Assembly: GCF_009914755.1 (NCBI RefSeq)
Contig: NC_060948.1
Reading direction: 5' to 3' (one strand)
Length of the DNA stretch: 64,000 bases
Origin: the human T2T-CHM13v2.0 reference genome, Homo sapiens
In this document: positions 14,351 through 30,300 of the stretch, piece by piece
How positions within the stretch are numbered: position 1 is the stretch's first letter
Layout of the letters: the number at the start of each line of letters is the position of its first letter
Notes under the pieces: model-generated
Databases searched by the model: none
Told to the model about the DNA's origin: nothing
The model's input: only the letters and a program-made list of their open reading frames with translations
Position numbers and translations under genes: made by a program

Positions 14351-15483
14351 ATGATGTCAGACACCTTTCGAAATGCTTCCCTTTTATCCATGAAACTATT
14401 TGAGTATAAAGACGTAAGCTCTAGCTATGATTTTGTTGTGAGTTTAAAAAAAAGCTGTATTGTAATGGAATACTTTCACTTCTCCTGTGGTTTTAATACT
14501 CTGAGTATTACATTTCTAAATTTTATGCACACACACACACACACGCACACACATACTCTTCTGGCAATAAAGTCCCTTTAAATTGGTTACTTATAAACCT
14601 TTATTATTCAAGCAGTTGGTTTGTTTCATACTCCCCACTAGGAAATGTTCATCTATGTAAAACTGTATAAAACACTACCCACAACAAAAATACCAGTACT
14701 TAGTCAAAAGTAAAGGGTCAGCTAGAAACAAAACTTTCAAATTAACCAATTTGTCATTAGCTCTAGATCTGTGTGACCTTCTGAACAAAATCTCTACCTG
14801 TTCCTTTGTCTGTAAATAGAGATAATAGCATCGTTTCATAGAGTTTTGGGGTGGATTAAATAATATCCCGTTTGAAGCACTTAACACAATGAAATGACTG
14901 GAACATTGTGTATTAAGCACCCCATAATTGCTAGCTATGGATAAATAATTTCAAACTATATATTATCAGTGTCTTAGATTCTAGATCCTGTGAGAAGCCA
15001 ATAAAAATAGTTTATATGCTGTGATCCTGGCAGATACAAGAACAGATTCTGAGAAGCTGGGCCAGCCCCTACCTCATCATACTCAAGAAGTGGGGAACAA
15101 TTTTGCAGCATTCTTTCCCCCACTGCCCCAACTACAGTCTTCTTTTTCTCCTTTCTTCCTTGTCTGAGCACAGATTATATATCCCCCCCAATCTCTGCCC
15201 CACAAGTCACATGTATATTTGATATAATGTTTATTTTTATTTTATTTAAAATAAGGTAATTTTTAGACTACATACTTATAGTTTGTATAGAAGCATTTTT
15301 TATGCTGCCCATATTTTTTCCTGGGTATTGTAACATTTTTCCAGTGAAGTGACATGTATCTTTTATATCAATAGAGACATAATTTTATAGCATTCCTCAG
15401 TGTAAATTGTCATTCCCCTTATTTTTGTTTTCCTATTGTAAATAATGTCTAGGTACCATAAGTTAAAACTTATTTTCTTATAG

Positions 15484-15574
15484 AAGCATCACTCTGAGAA
15501 TAAGGGCCTAGACAAAGTGATGGAGACTCAAGCCCAAGTGGATGAACTGAAAGGAATCATGGTCAGAAACATAG
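15484..15574 (+). CDS. VAMP7: VAMP7 exon 5 (KHHSENKGLDKVMETQAQVDELKGIMVRNI; start of SNARE motif)
   Basis: Acceptor CTTATAG before 15484, donor ATAG|GTATGT; 91 nt, phase 1. Confidence 0.98.
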
Positions 15575-16411
15575 GTATGTTTCATGGCATAGTTTCATGC
15601 ATGTGGGCAAAAATGATAAAGATTACTTGACTGGGGTCAAATTATTCTAGAGAAGCCAAAATAGCACTTCCTTATTCTTACCATTGGAAGTTAATTGTCA
15701 GCTGAGACAACTGTGATACTGTCTGCTTGTGCAAATGGTTTCTTCTTTGTCCTTGCAACTATTCTTCATTCTAAATTTACTAGTTTGCTTAACAAGACTA
15801 ATTTCTAAGAACCTTATGATAATTCAGCAGTTTAGAATAATTTGGTCAGTGTGATTGTACAGTATTTCACTGAGTTAATGTATCACGGGTTACCTAACCT
15901 TGCCTGAATTTTGGACGCATAGGTTCTTTAGCACAGTGTTAGAGTGCTGTTTTGCAACCAGATAAGGAGCTTGCTGAAGAATGTCAATCAATATTGTGCT
16001 TCCTTCACTGAGGCCCTCTTGCTATGAAAATGTCAATTGGACTGAACAGTATGCTTAGAGACTTAGTCAACCAGTTGCAAATACTCTTAAGTAGGACTGA
16101 TTTAGAAGTTTATCCTACAGTAGTAACCATACTGTTATATTTTTGTGCCTATTATGTTTTTCTTATTTTCTTGAGATTAATTATCGGGAATGGGATTAAT
16201 AATCAAAATGCGCAAACGTTTTCGTGGTTCTTGATATGTACGTCTTGGCTATTTAAAGTGATTTCCTTTAATTGATTTTAGTTTTAATTATATATCTAGA
16301 TAGAGACTAGAGAATCTGTTGAGACAACTACTATTTATTTTTATTCTTTTTTTTGTCACCAAATGTATTTATTTTGCCCGAAAGTGGAGGCAGACAATTG
16401 CTACAATATTA

Positions 16412-19363
<2,952 letters not shown>

Positions 19364-21089
19364 AAACAGCAAATTTAAAATGTGACAAGAACATTCCTAG
19401 TTAATTCCCTTTCATTTTTTTAACAGCTTAATTGAAATATAATTCACATATCATATAATTCACCCATTTAAAGTATACAGTCAGTGGTTACTATATTCAC
19501 AGAATTGTACAACCATTGCTGCAATCAATTTTGTAACATTTTTATCATCCCTAAATGAAGCCCTGTACTCATTTGCAGTTGCTCCTCAACTCTCAGACCT
19601 AAGCAACAATTAATTCCCTTTTCTTCTTCATAAATTTGCCTATTCTGGACATTTCGTATAAATGGAATCTTGTAATATGTGGCCTTTTGTGTCTTCGTTC
19701 ACTTAGCGTAATGATTGTGAGATTCATTCATGTCGTAGCATAAATCAATACTTAATTCTTTTTTATGACTAATAATTCCAATGCATTAATGCATTTTATG
19801 TATCTACTCATTAGTTCATGGTCTGGTTATTATAAATAATGCTGCTATGAACATTTGTGTACAAGTTTTTGTGTGAGCATATATATATATTATATATTAT
19901 ATATATATATATGTTTTTGGTTCTCTTGCTTACATACCTAGGAATAGAATTGCTGGATCACATGGCAACTTTGTAACATTTTGAAGAAGGGCCAAACTTT
20001 CCTAAAGTGACTGCACCTTTATACATTCCTAATAGCAATGTATGAGGATTCTGATTCCTCCACATCCTTGCCAAAACTTATCTTTTTTGATTATACCCAG
20101 TCTAGTGAAATGGTACTTTATTGTGATTTTGATTTGCATTTCCCTGATGACTAATGATGTTGAGCATTTTTTCATGTGCTTATAGGCCATTCGTATATTT
20201 TCTTTACCTTTGGAGAAATGTCTATTTAAAAATACTTTATTGTTTTTAAGTGGGTTATTTGTCTTTTTATGGTTGAGCTATAACAGTACTTTATATATTC
20301 TGGATACTAGACCCTTATCAGATACATGATTTTCAAATATTTTGCTCTATTCTGTGAGTTGTCTTTTCATTTTCTTGATGGTGTTCTTTGAAGCACAACA
20401 GTTTTTATGAAGTCCAATTTATTTTTTTCTTTAGTTTGTGCTTTGAATAACATATCTAAGAAACTGTCGCCTAAGCCAAGATCATGAAGATTTACTACTT
20501 TGTTTTCTTCTAAGACTAGTTTTAGCTCTTACATTTCTATCTATGATCTATTTTGAGTTAATGTTTATGTATGGAATAAAGAAGAGATCCAACTTAATTC
20601 TGTTGAATATGTATATACAGTTGTTCCAGAACCATTTGCTGAAAAGGCTTTTCTTTCCCTGTTGAATGATCTTAGCATTCTTATCAAAAATTAGTTATCA
20701 ATGGATGTATAGCTTTGTTTCTGGACCTTCAGTTCTGTTCAGTTTATCTTTATGCCAGTACCAGGCTGTCATGATTATTATAGCTTTGTAGTAGGTTTTA
20801 AAATCAGGAAATATTCATCTTCCAACTTTATTCTTTCTCAAAATTGCTTTGACTATTCTGGGTACCTTTCATTTTCATGAACTTTAGGATGAGCTTGTCA
20901 ATTTCAGATAGCAAAAAAAGCTATCTGGGATTTTGATAGGGATTGTGTTGAATCTGTAGATCAATTAGGGGAGCCATTTTAACAATATTAAACTTCTGAT
21001 CCATGAACATGGGCTTTCTTTCTATTCATTTAGGTTTTCTTTAATTTTTTCCAACAATGTTTTGTAGTTTTCAGTGTGCAAGTCTTACA

Positions 21090-21518
21090 TGACAAAGACT
21101 CTGCTTCACCAAATTTTAGACAAGCTCCTCTGAGCACTCTGTTAAACTAGGTCTCATCCTCGGGCTCTGTCCTTGGCCTGCCTAAGGAAGTCTTAGCAAA
21201 GAATCCTGCTAATACCCCACCCTTGATCAAGTTCCTTGTCCCCTATATTTGATATATAAGTCCGGCCAGCTTTTAGCAGGAATCCTGTTAGGCCAGTTTA
21301 GAGAGAATCCCCTTGCCCTTGATGCCTCCTCTTAGTAATTTTCCATCCTCTGACCCCCTCACTCTGTTCATTGGCCACAAATCCCCACTGGTCTTGGTTG
21401 TGTTAGGAGTTGAGCTCAATCTCTCCCCTCCATTGTGATAGCCTTGACCCCTATTGCAGTAATCTCAAAATCTGCCTTACCATTTTTAAACCAGTGTCAG
21501 AATAATTTTTCTTTAACA
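21090..21518. mobile_element. ERV1 solo LTR (MER31/MER67-like)
   Basis: TGACAAAGACTCT...GCTCCTCTGAGC...GAATCCTGCTAA...TTTTCTTTAACA; TG...CA termini; interrupts L1M. Confidence 0.7.
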
Positions 21519-22253
21519 ATATCTCTTCTAACATCCTTCTTGCCTTGTTCCTAAGTATTTTTTTATGCTATTGTAAGTGGAATTTTTCTCTTTCATTTTC
21601 GGATTGTTCAGTACTAATGTATAGAAATTTTATTGATTTTTATAAATTGGTGTTGTATCATACAACCTTGTTCTCATTTATTAGTTCTAATAGCTTTTTA
21701 ATAGTTTCCTTAGGATTTTCTCTATATAGAATCATGCTACTTGCAAATAGAGATAGTTTTAATTCTTCCTTTTCAATCTGGATGCTTTTCATTTCTTTTT
21801 ATTGCTTAATTGCCCTAGCTAGAACCTCCAGTATAATGTTGAATAGAAGTGGTAAGAGTGGACATCATTGTCTTATTCCTGCTCTTAGGGAGATCTTGAA
21901 GAATCTTCCACAATTAAGTATGAGGTTAGCTGTGGGTTTTTCATAGATGTCCTTTATCAGGTTGAGGAAGTTTCTTTTTCTTATTTGTTGAGTGGTTTTA
22001 TCATTAAACAGTGTTGGATTTTGTCAATTTTTTTTACATCTATTGAAATGATGGTTTTTGTTCTTTATTAATATGATGTATTATAACAATTGATTTTCAG
22101 ATATTAAATCAACCTTGTGTTTCTGAAATGAATCCCACTGCATCATGGTGTATAGTCCTTTTTGCATATTATTGGATTCATCCTGCCAGTAGTCTGTTGA
22201 GGATTTGTTAAATGTCTGTATTTTTAAGAGTTGTTGGTATATCATTTTCTTTT

Positions 22254-23583
22254 ATTTATTTATTTATTTTATTATTTTTTTTTATTGATCATTCTTGGGT
22301 GTTTCTCACAGACGGGGATTTGGCAGGGTCATGGGACAATAGTGGAGGGAAGATCAGCAGATAAACAAGTGAACAAAGGTCTCTGGTTTTCCTAGGCAGA
22401 GGACCCTGCGGCCTTCCACAGTGTTTGTGTCCCTGGGTACTTGAGATTAGGGAGTGGTGATGACTCTTAACGAGCATGCTGCCTTCAAGCATCTGTTTAA
22501 CAAAGCACATTTGCACCGCCCTTAATCCATTTAACCCTGAGTGGACACAGCACATGTTTCAGAGAGCACAGGGTTGGGGGTAAGGTCATAGATCAACAGG
22601 ATCCCAAGGCAGAAGAATTTTTCTTAGTACAGAACAAAATGAAAAGTCTCCCATGTCTACTTCTTTCTTCACAGACACAGCAACCATCCGATTTCTCAAT
22701 CTTTTCCCCACCTTTCCCCCTTTTCTATTCCACAAAACCGCCATTGTCATCATGGCCCGTTCTCAATGAGCTATTGGGTACACCTCCCAGACGGGGCGGC
22801 TGCTGGGCGGAGGGGCTCCTCACTTCGCAGACGGGGCGGCTGCCGGGTGGAGGGTCTCCTCACTTCTCAGACAGGGCGGCCGGGCAGCGACGCTCCTCAC
22901 CTCCCAGAAGGGGCGGCGGGGCAGAGGCGCTCCCCACATCTCAGACGATGGGCGGCCGGGCAGAGACGCTCCTCACTTCCTAGATGGGATGGCGGCTGGG
23001 CAGAGACGCTCCTCACTTCCTAGATGGGATGGCGGCCGGGCAGAGATGCTCCTCACTTTCCAGACTGGGCAGCCAGGCAGAGGGGCTCCTCACATCCCAG
23101 ACGATGGGTGCCCAGGCAGAGACGCTCCTCACTTCCCAGACGGGGTGGCGGCTGGGCAGAGGCTGCAATCTCGGCACTTTGGGAGGCCAAGGCAGGCGGC
23201 TGGGAGGTGGAGGTTGCAGCGAGCCGAGATCGCGCCACTGCACTCCAGCCTGGGCACCATTGAGCACTGAGTGAACGAGACTCCGTCTGCAATCCCGGCA
23301 CCTCGGGAGGCCGAGGCTGGCGGATCACTCGCGGTTAGCAGCTGGAGACCAGCCCGGCCAACACAGCGAAACCCCGTCTCCACCAAAAAAATACGAAAAC
23401 CAGTCAGGCGTGGCAGCACTCGGCAGGCTGAGGCAGGAGAATCAGGCAGGGAGGTTGCAGTGAGCCGAGATAGCAGTAGTACAGTCCAGCTTCGGCTGGG
23501 CATCAGAGGGAGACCGTGGAAAGAGAGGGAGAGGGAGACCGTGGGGAGAGTGAGAGGGGGAGGGGGAGAGGGAGAGGGAGAGC
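22254..23583 (-). mobile_element. Full-length SVA retrotransposon (SVA_C/D-like) with short VNTR
   Basis: On +: T-rich tail, SINE-R (~22285-22780), GC-rich VNTR (~22780-23160), Alu-like domain (~23160-23500), (AGAGGG)n hexamer (~23505-23582). TSD CATTTTCTTTT at 22243-22253 and 23584-23594. Confidence 0.97.
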
Positions 23584-23776
23584 CATTTTCTTTTCTTGTG
23601 ATGTCTTTGTTTGGTTTTGATACCAGGGTAATGCTGGGCTCATAGAATGAGTCAAGAAGTGTTCCCCTTTTCTTCTATTTTGGAAAGATTTGTGAAAGTT
23701 TTGTATTAATTCTTGAAATGTTTGGTAGAATTCACCTTTGAAGCCACCTGGGCTTGGGCTTTTCTTTGTGTGAAGC

Positions 23777-24120
23777 TTTTTTGTTTTTGTTTTTGTTTTT
23801 TGAGATGGGGTCTGTCTGTCACCCAGGCTGGAGTGCAGTGACATGATCCTCTCTAATTCCTCTTTCATTCCCTTGGTGGGAGGGTTACCTGCAGCCTTGA
23901 CCTCCTGGGCTCCGGTAATCTTCCCACCTCAGCCTCCCAAGCAGCTGGGACTGCAGGCATGTGCCACCACACCTGGCTAATTTTTGTTTTTTGGTTTTTT
24001 TGTAGAGACAAGGTCTTGCCATGTTGCCCAGGCTAGTCTCAAACTCCTGGGCTCAAGCGATCCACTTGCCTCAGCCTACCAAAGTGCTAGGATTACAGGC
24101 ATGAGCCTCCATGCCCGGCC
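23777..24120 (-). mobile_element. Alu (AluJ-like) with a ~40-bp non-Alu insertion
   Basis: (TTTTTG)n tail, antisense Alu ending ATGCCCGGCC; flanks TGAAGCTTTT / TGAAGTTTTA. Confidence 0.9.
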
Positions 24121-24587
24121 TGAAGTTTTAAAATTACTGATTTAGTCTCTATGCTTGCTGTAGCTATTCAGATTTTTTATTTCTTCTTGAGTCTGTTTAG
24201 CAGTTTGTATCTTTCTAGGAATTTGTGCATTTCATCTAAGTTACCTAATTTATTTACACACTCCTGTTTATAGAATTCCCCTAAGATCCTCTTCATTTTG
24301 TAAGTTTGGTGGTGATGTCTCCTCTTTCATTTCTGATTTTAGTAATGTAAGTTTTTTCTGTTTTACTTGGTCATTCTACGTAAAGGTTTGTCAATTTTAT
24401 TGATCTTTCTAAAGAACCAACTTCTGGTTTCATAGATTTTTTTTCTATAGTTTTTCTGTTCTCTATTTAATTTGTTCACCCTAATATTTATTTCCTTCCC
24501 ACTGCTAGCTTTAGATTTAGTTTACCCTTCTTTTCTAGATCCATAAGGTAGAAAGTTAAGTTGTTAGGTTGTTAATTTGAGATCATT

Positions 24588-24800
24588 TGTCTTAGCTCAG
24601 GCTGCCATAACAAAATTCCATAGACGTAGTGACTTAAACAACAGAAATTTATTTTCTCACATTTCTGGAGGCTAGAAGTCCAAGATCACGGTGCCAGTAT
24701 GGTCAGGTTCTGGTAAGGGCTCTCTTCCTGGCTTGCAGACAGCATCTTCTCTCTCTGTTCTCCCATCAGGCAAGGAAAAGAGAGCTAGCTGTCTAGTGTC
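24588..24800 (-). mobile_element. MaLR LTR fragment (MLT1A-like), truncated by L1MA
   Basis: TGTCTTAGCTCAGGCTGCCATAACAAAAT...TTAAACAACAGAAATTTATT...GGAGGCTAGAAGTCCAAGATCA. Confidence 0.75.
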
Positions 24801-27202
24801 TTTTATTTAATTGATACATAATATTTGTACACATTTATGGGGTACGTGTGATATTTTGTTACATGCAAAGACTGTGTAATGATCAAGTCAGGATATATGG
24901 GGTGTCCATCAGCTCAAGAATTTATTTCTGTGTGATGGGAACATTTCAAATTCTCTCTTCTAGCTATTTTGAAATATATAATACACTATTGTTAACTTTA
25001 GTCACCCTACTCTGCTATCAAACATTAGAACTTATTCCTTCTATCCAACTGTGTGTTTGTACCTATTAACCATCCTCTCATATTCCCTGCTCGGCCCCAC
25101 ATACCCACACCCTTCCTAGCCTCTGGTATCTATTGTGCTATTGTCTACCTCCATGAGATCAACTGTTTTAGTTCCCACATGTGAGTAAGAACATGTGATA
25201 TTTGTCTTTCCATGCCTGCCTTATATCACTTAACATAATAACCTCCAGTTACATCCATGTTGCTGTAAATGGCATGACTTCATTCTATTTCATGGTCAAA
25301 TAGTATTCCATTGTGTTTATAAACCACATTTTCTTTATCCATTCATCCATTCATGGACACTTAGGTTGACTCCATATCTTTGCTATTGTGAATAGGGATG
25401 CAATAAATATGCAAGTGCAGATATCCCGTCTATACACTGATTTCTTTTCCTTTGCATAAATACCCAGTAGTAGGATTGCTGGATCATATGGTAGTTTAAT
25501 TTTTAGTTTTTGGGGAAATCTCCACACTGGTTTCCATAGTAGCTGCACTAGTTTACTTTCCCACCAACAGTGTGTAAGTGTTTTTTTTTTTTTTCCTTAT
25601 ACTAGCCAGCATCTGTTATTTTGTATCTTTTTAGTAACCATTCTAACTGGGGTAACATGATATCTCATTTTGGCTTTTATTTGCATTTCTATGATGTTGA
25701 GCATTTTTTCATATACCTTTTGGCCATTTGTATGTCTTCTTTTGAGAAATGGCTATTCATGTCCTCTGCCCACTTTTTAAGGGGATTATTTGTATATCTC
25801 CTGTTGAGTTCATTATATATTCTGGATATTATTCCCTTATCAAATGAATAGTTTGCAACTATTTTCTCCCATTCAACTGGTTGTCTCTTCACTCTTGATT
25901 ATTTCCTTTGCTGTGCAAAAGCTTTTTTGTTTAATATAGTCCTATTTGTCTATTTTTCTTTTCGTTACCTGTCCTTTTGAGGTGTTAGCCATAAAATCTT
26001 TTCCTAGAGCAGTGTTCTGAAGTGTTTCCCCTATGTTTTCTTCTAGTAGGTTTATAGTTCTGGGTCTGAAATTTAAGTCTTTAATCTATCTTGGTTGATT
26101 TTTGTATGTGATGAGAGACAGAGGTCCAGTTTAATTCTTCCACATATGGATATCCAGTTTTCCCAATACCATTTATTGAAGAAAGTGTCCTTTCCCCAGT
26201 GTACGTCCTTGGCACCTTTGTTGAAAATCAGTTGCCTATATATGTGTGGCTGTACATACGTGGATCAATGTCTGGCTTTTCTATTCTATTCCATCGACCT
26301 TGTGTCTGTTTTTATACCAAACCATGCTGTTTTGGTTACTGTAGCCTTGTAATATGTTTTGAAGTCAGGTAGTGTGATGCCTCCAGCTTTGTTCATTTTG
26401 CTCAGGATTGCTTTGGCTATTTGGACTCTTTTTTGGTTCCTGAAATACTAATTTTAGGATTGTTTTTTCTGTTTCTGTGAAAAATGACATTGGTACTTCG
26501 ATAGAGATTGCATTGAATCTGTAGATTGCTTTGGGCTTATGGTCATTTTAATAATATACATTCTTATGATCCATGACCATAAGATGTCTTTCTGTATCTT
26601 TGTGTCATCTTCAGTTTTTTTCATCAGTGTTTTGTAGTTTTACTTGTAGGAGTCTTTCACCTACTCGTTAAATTTATTCTTCAATATTTTATATGTTCAT
26701 AACTATTATAAATGGGATTACCTTCTTGATTTCATAAAGTTTTATTTCACCAAGTTGATTATTGATGCATAGAAACATTACAGATATTTGTATGTTGATT
26801 CTGTATCCTGCAACTTTACTGAATATATTTATCAGATCTAGGAGTTTTTTGGTGGAGTCTTTGGGTCTTTTAGACATAAGATCATATCATCTGCAAAGAG
26901 GGATAATTTGACATCCTCTTTTTCAATTTGGATGCCCTTTATTTCTTTCTCTTGCCTGATTGCTCTGGCTAGGACTTCCAGTATTGTGTTGAATAGGAGT
27001 AGTGAAACTGGGCTTCCTTCCAGTACTATGTTGAATAGGAGTGGTGAGAGTTTTCCATTTCTTAGAGGAAAGGCTTTTCGTTTTTCCCATTCCGTATGAT
27101 GTTAGCTGTGGGTTTGTCATAAATGGCCTTTATCATGTTGAGGGATATTCCTTCTATGCCTAGTTTTTTGAGAGTTTTTATCATGAAGAGATGTTGAATT
27201 TT
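24801..27202 (-). mobile_element. L1MA-type element, 3' part (resumes at ~33769-34400 after the L1PA7-like insertion)
   Basis: Antisense L1 3' UTR and ORF2 remnants (ORFs 25351-25548, 25689-25892, 26689-26877); sequence resumes in register after 33783 (ORF 33902-34132). Confidence 0.85.
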
Positions 27203-27357
27203 TTTTGATACCTTGAACTATATATTTTTATTTGAATATATAAAAGTAGAATATCCTATTTTCCTTTTGAGCTATGTCATCATACTGCTAAAATTATGGA
27301 TGAAAATGGAAATACTTCAACCTGACCCATTGCAATTTCTATGTTACACATTTGCTC

Positions 27358-30300
27358 TTTTTTTATTATTATACTTTAAATTCTGGGATACATGTGCAGA
27401 ATGTGCAGCTTTGTTACATAGGTATACACATGCCATGGTGGTTTGCTGCACCCATTAACCCATCATCTACATTAGGTATTTCTCCTAATGCTATTTCTCC
27501 CCTAGCCCCCCTACCCCCAGCAGGCCCCAGTGTGTGATGTTCCCCTCCCTGTGTCCATGTGTTCTCATTGTTCAACTCCCACTTATGAGTGAGAACACGT
27601 GGTGTTTGGTTTTCTGTTCCTTTCTTACCTTGCTGAGAATGATGGTTTCCAGCTTCATCCATGTCCCTGCAAAGGACATGAACTCCTCCTTTTTTATGGC
27701 TGCATAGTATTCCATTGTGTATATGTGCCGCATTTTCTTTATCCAGTCTGTCATTGTTGGGCATTTGGGTTGGTTCCAAGTCTTTGCTATTGTGAACAGT
27801 GCTGCAATAAACATACGTGTGCATGTGTCTTTATAGTAAAATGATTTATAATCCTTTGGGTATATACCCAATAATGGGATTGCTGGGTCAAATGGTATTT
27901 CTGGTTCTAGATCCTTGAGGAATCGCCACACTGTCTTTGACAATGGTTGAACTAATTTACACTTCCACCAACAGTGTAAAAGCATTCCTATTGCTCCACA
28001 TCCTCTCCAGCATCTGTTCTTTCCTGACTTGTTAATGATTGCCATTTAATGATCGCCATTCTTACTGGTGTGAGAGGATATCTCATTATGGTTTTGATTT
28101 GCATTTCTCTAATGACCCGTGATGATGAGCTTTTTTTTCATATGTTTGTTGGCCACATAAATGTCTTCTTTTGAGAAGTGTCTTTTCATATCCTTCACAC
28201 ACTTTTTGATGGGGTTGTTTTTTTCTTGTAAATTTGTTTAAGTTCCTTGTAGATTCCGGATATTAGCCCTTTGTCAGATGGATAGATTGCAAAAATTTTT
28301 TCCCATTCTGTAGGTTGCCTGTTCACTCTGATGATAGTTTCTTTTGCTGTGCAGAAGCTCTTTGCTTTAATTAGATCCCATTTGTCAATTTTGGCTTTTG
28401 TTGCCATTGCTTTTGGTGTTTTAGTCATGAAATCTTTGCCCATACCTATGTCCTGAATGGTATTGCCCAGGTTTTCTTCTAGGGATTTTATGGTTTTAAG
28501 TCTTATGTTTAAGTCTTTAATCCATCTTGAGTTAATTTTTGTATAAGGTGTAAGGAAGGGGGCCAGTTTCAGTTTTCTGAATATGGCTAGCCAGTTTTCC
28601 CAGCACCATTTATTAAATAGGGAATCCTTTCCCCATTGCTTGTTTTTGTCAGGTTTGTCAAAGATCAGATGGTTGTAGATGTGTAGCGTTATTTCTGAGG
28701 CCTCTGTTCTGTTCCATTGGTCTATGTATCTGTTTTGGTACCAATACCATGCTGTTTTGGTTACTGTAGCCTTGTAGTATAATTTGAAGTCAGGTAGCGT
28801 GATGTCTCCAGCTTTGTTCTTCTTGCTTAGGATTGTCTTGGCTATATGGGCTCTTTTTTGGTTCCAAATGAAATTTAAAGTAGTGTTTTTCTAATTCTGT
28901 GAAGAAAGTCAATGGTAGCTGGATGGGGATAGCATTGAATCTATAAATTACTTTGGGCAGTTTGGCCATATTCTTCCTATCCATGAGCATGGAATGTTTT
29001 TCCATTCATTTGTGTCCTCTCTTATTTCCTTGAGCAGTGGTTTGTCATTCTCCTTGAAGAGGTCCTTCACATCCCTTGTAAGTTGTATTTCTAGGTATTT
29101 TATTCTCTTTGTAGCAATTGTGAATGGGAGTTCACTCATGATTTGGCTCTCTGTTTGTCTTTTATTGGTGTATAGGAATGCTTGTGATTTTTGCACATTG
29201 ATTTTGCATTCTGATACTTTGCTGAAGTTGCTTATCAGCTTAAGGAGATTTTGGGCTGAGACAATGGGGTTTTCTAAATATACAATCATGTCATCTGCAA
29301 AGAGAGACAATTTGACTTCCTCTCTTCCTATTTGAATACCCTTTATTTCTTTCTCTTGCCTGATTGCCCTGGACAGAACTTCCAATACTATGTTGAATAG
29401 GAGTGGTGAGGGAGGGCATCCTTGTCTTGTGCTGGTTTTCAAAGGGAATACTTCCAGCTTTTGCCCATTCAGTATGATATTGGATGTGGGTTTGTCATAA
29501 ATAGTTCTTATTATTTTGAGATGCATTCCATCAATACCTAGTTTATTGAGAGTTTTTAGCATAAAGCGGTGTTGAATTTTATCGAAGGCCTTTTCTGCAT
29601 CTATTGAGATAATCATGTGGTTTTTGTCATTGGTTCTTTTTCTGTGATGGATTACGTTTATTGATTTGCGTATGTTGAACCAGTCTTGCATCCCAGTGAT
29701 GAAGCTGACCTGATCGTGGTGGATAAGCTTTTTGATGTGCTGATGGGTTCGGTTTGCCAGTATTTTATTGAGGATTTTCGCATCAGTGTTCATCAGGGAT
29801 ATTGGCCTGAAATTTTCCTTTTTGGTTGTGTCTCTGCCAGGCTTTGGTATCAGGATGATGCTGGCCTCATAAAATGAGTTAGGGAGGAGTCCCTCTTCTT
29901 CTGTTGTTTGGAATAGTTTCAGAAGGAATGGTACCAGCTCCTCTTTATACCTCTGGTGGAATTCAGCTGTGAATCCTTCTGGTCCTGGACCTTTTTTGTT
30001 TGGTAGGCTATTAATTACTGCCTCAAGTTCAGAACTTGTTATTGTTGTATTCAGGGATTTGACTTCTTCCTGGTTCAGTCTTGGGAGGGTGTATGTGTCC
30101 AGGAATTTATCCATTTCTTCCAGATTTTCTAGTTTACTTGCATAGAGGTGTTTATAGTATTCTCTGATGGTAGTTTGTATTTCTGTGGGATCAGTGGTGA
30201 TACCCCCTTTATCATTTTTTATTGTTTCTATTTGATTCTTCTCTCTTTTTTCCTTTATTAGTCTCGCTAGCAGTCTATCAATTTTGTTAATCTTTTCAAA

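Larger units (their letters stand above)
19420..24570 (-). mobile_element. Old L1M (L1MB-like), interrupted by LTR, SVA and Alu
   Basis: Continuous degenerate antisense L1 3' end and ORF2 sequence on both sides of the nested inserts. Confidence 0.8.

Noticed and set aside
22639-23645. Cluster of GC-rich ORFs and repeated ~40-bp units resembling a CRISPR-like array or CpG-island promoter
   Set aside because: This is the SVA VNTR and Alu-like domain; the units are tandem without unique spacers.
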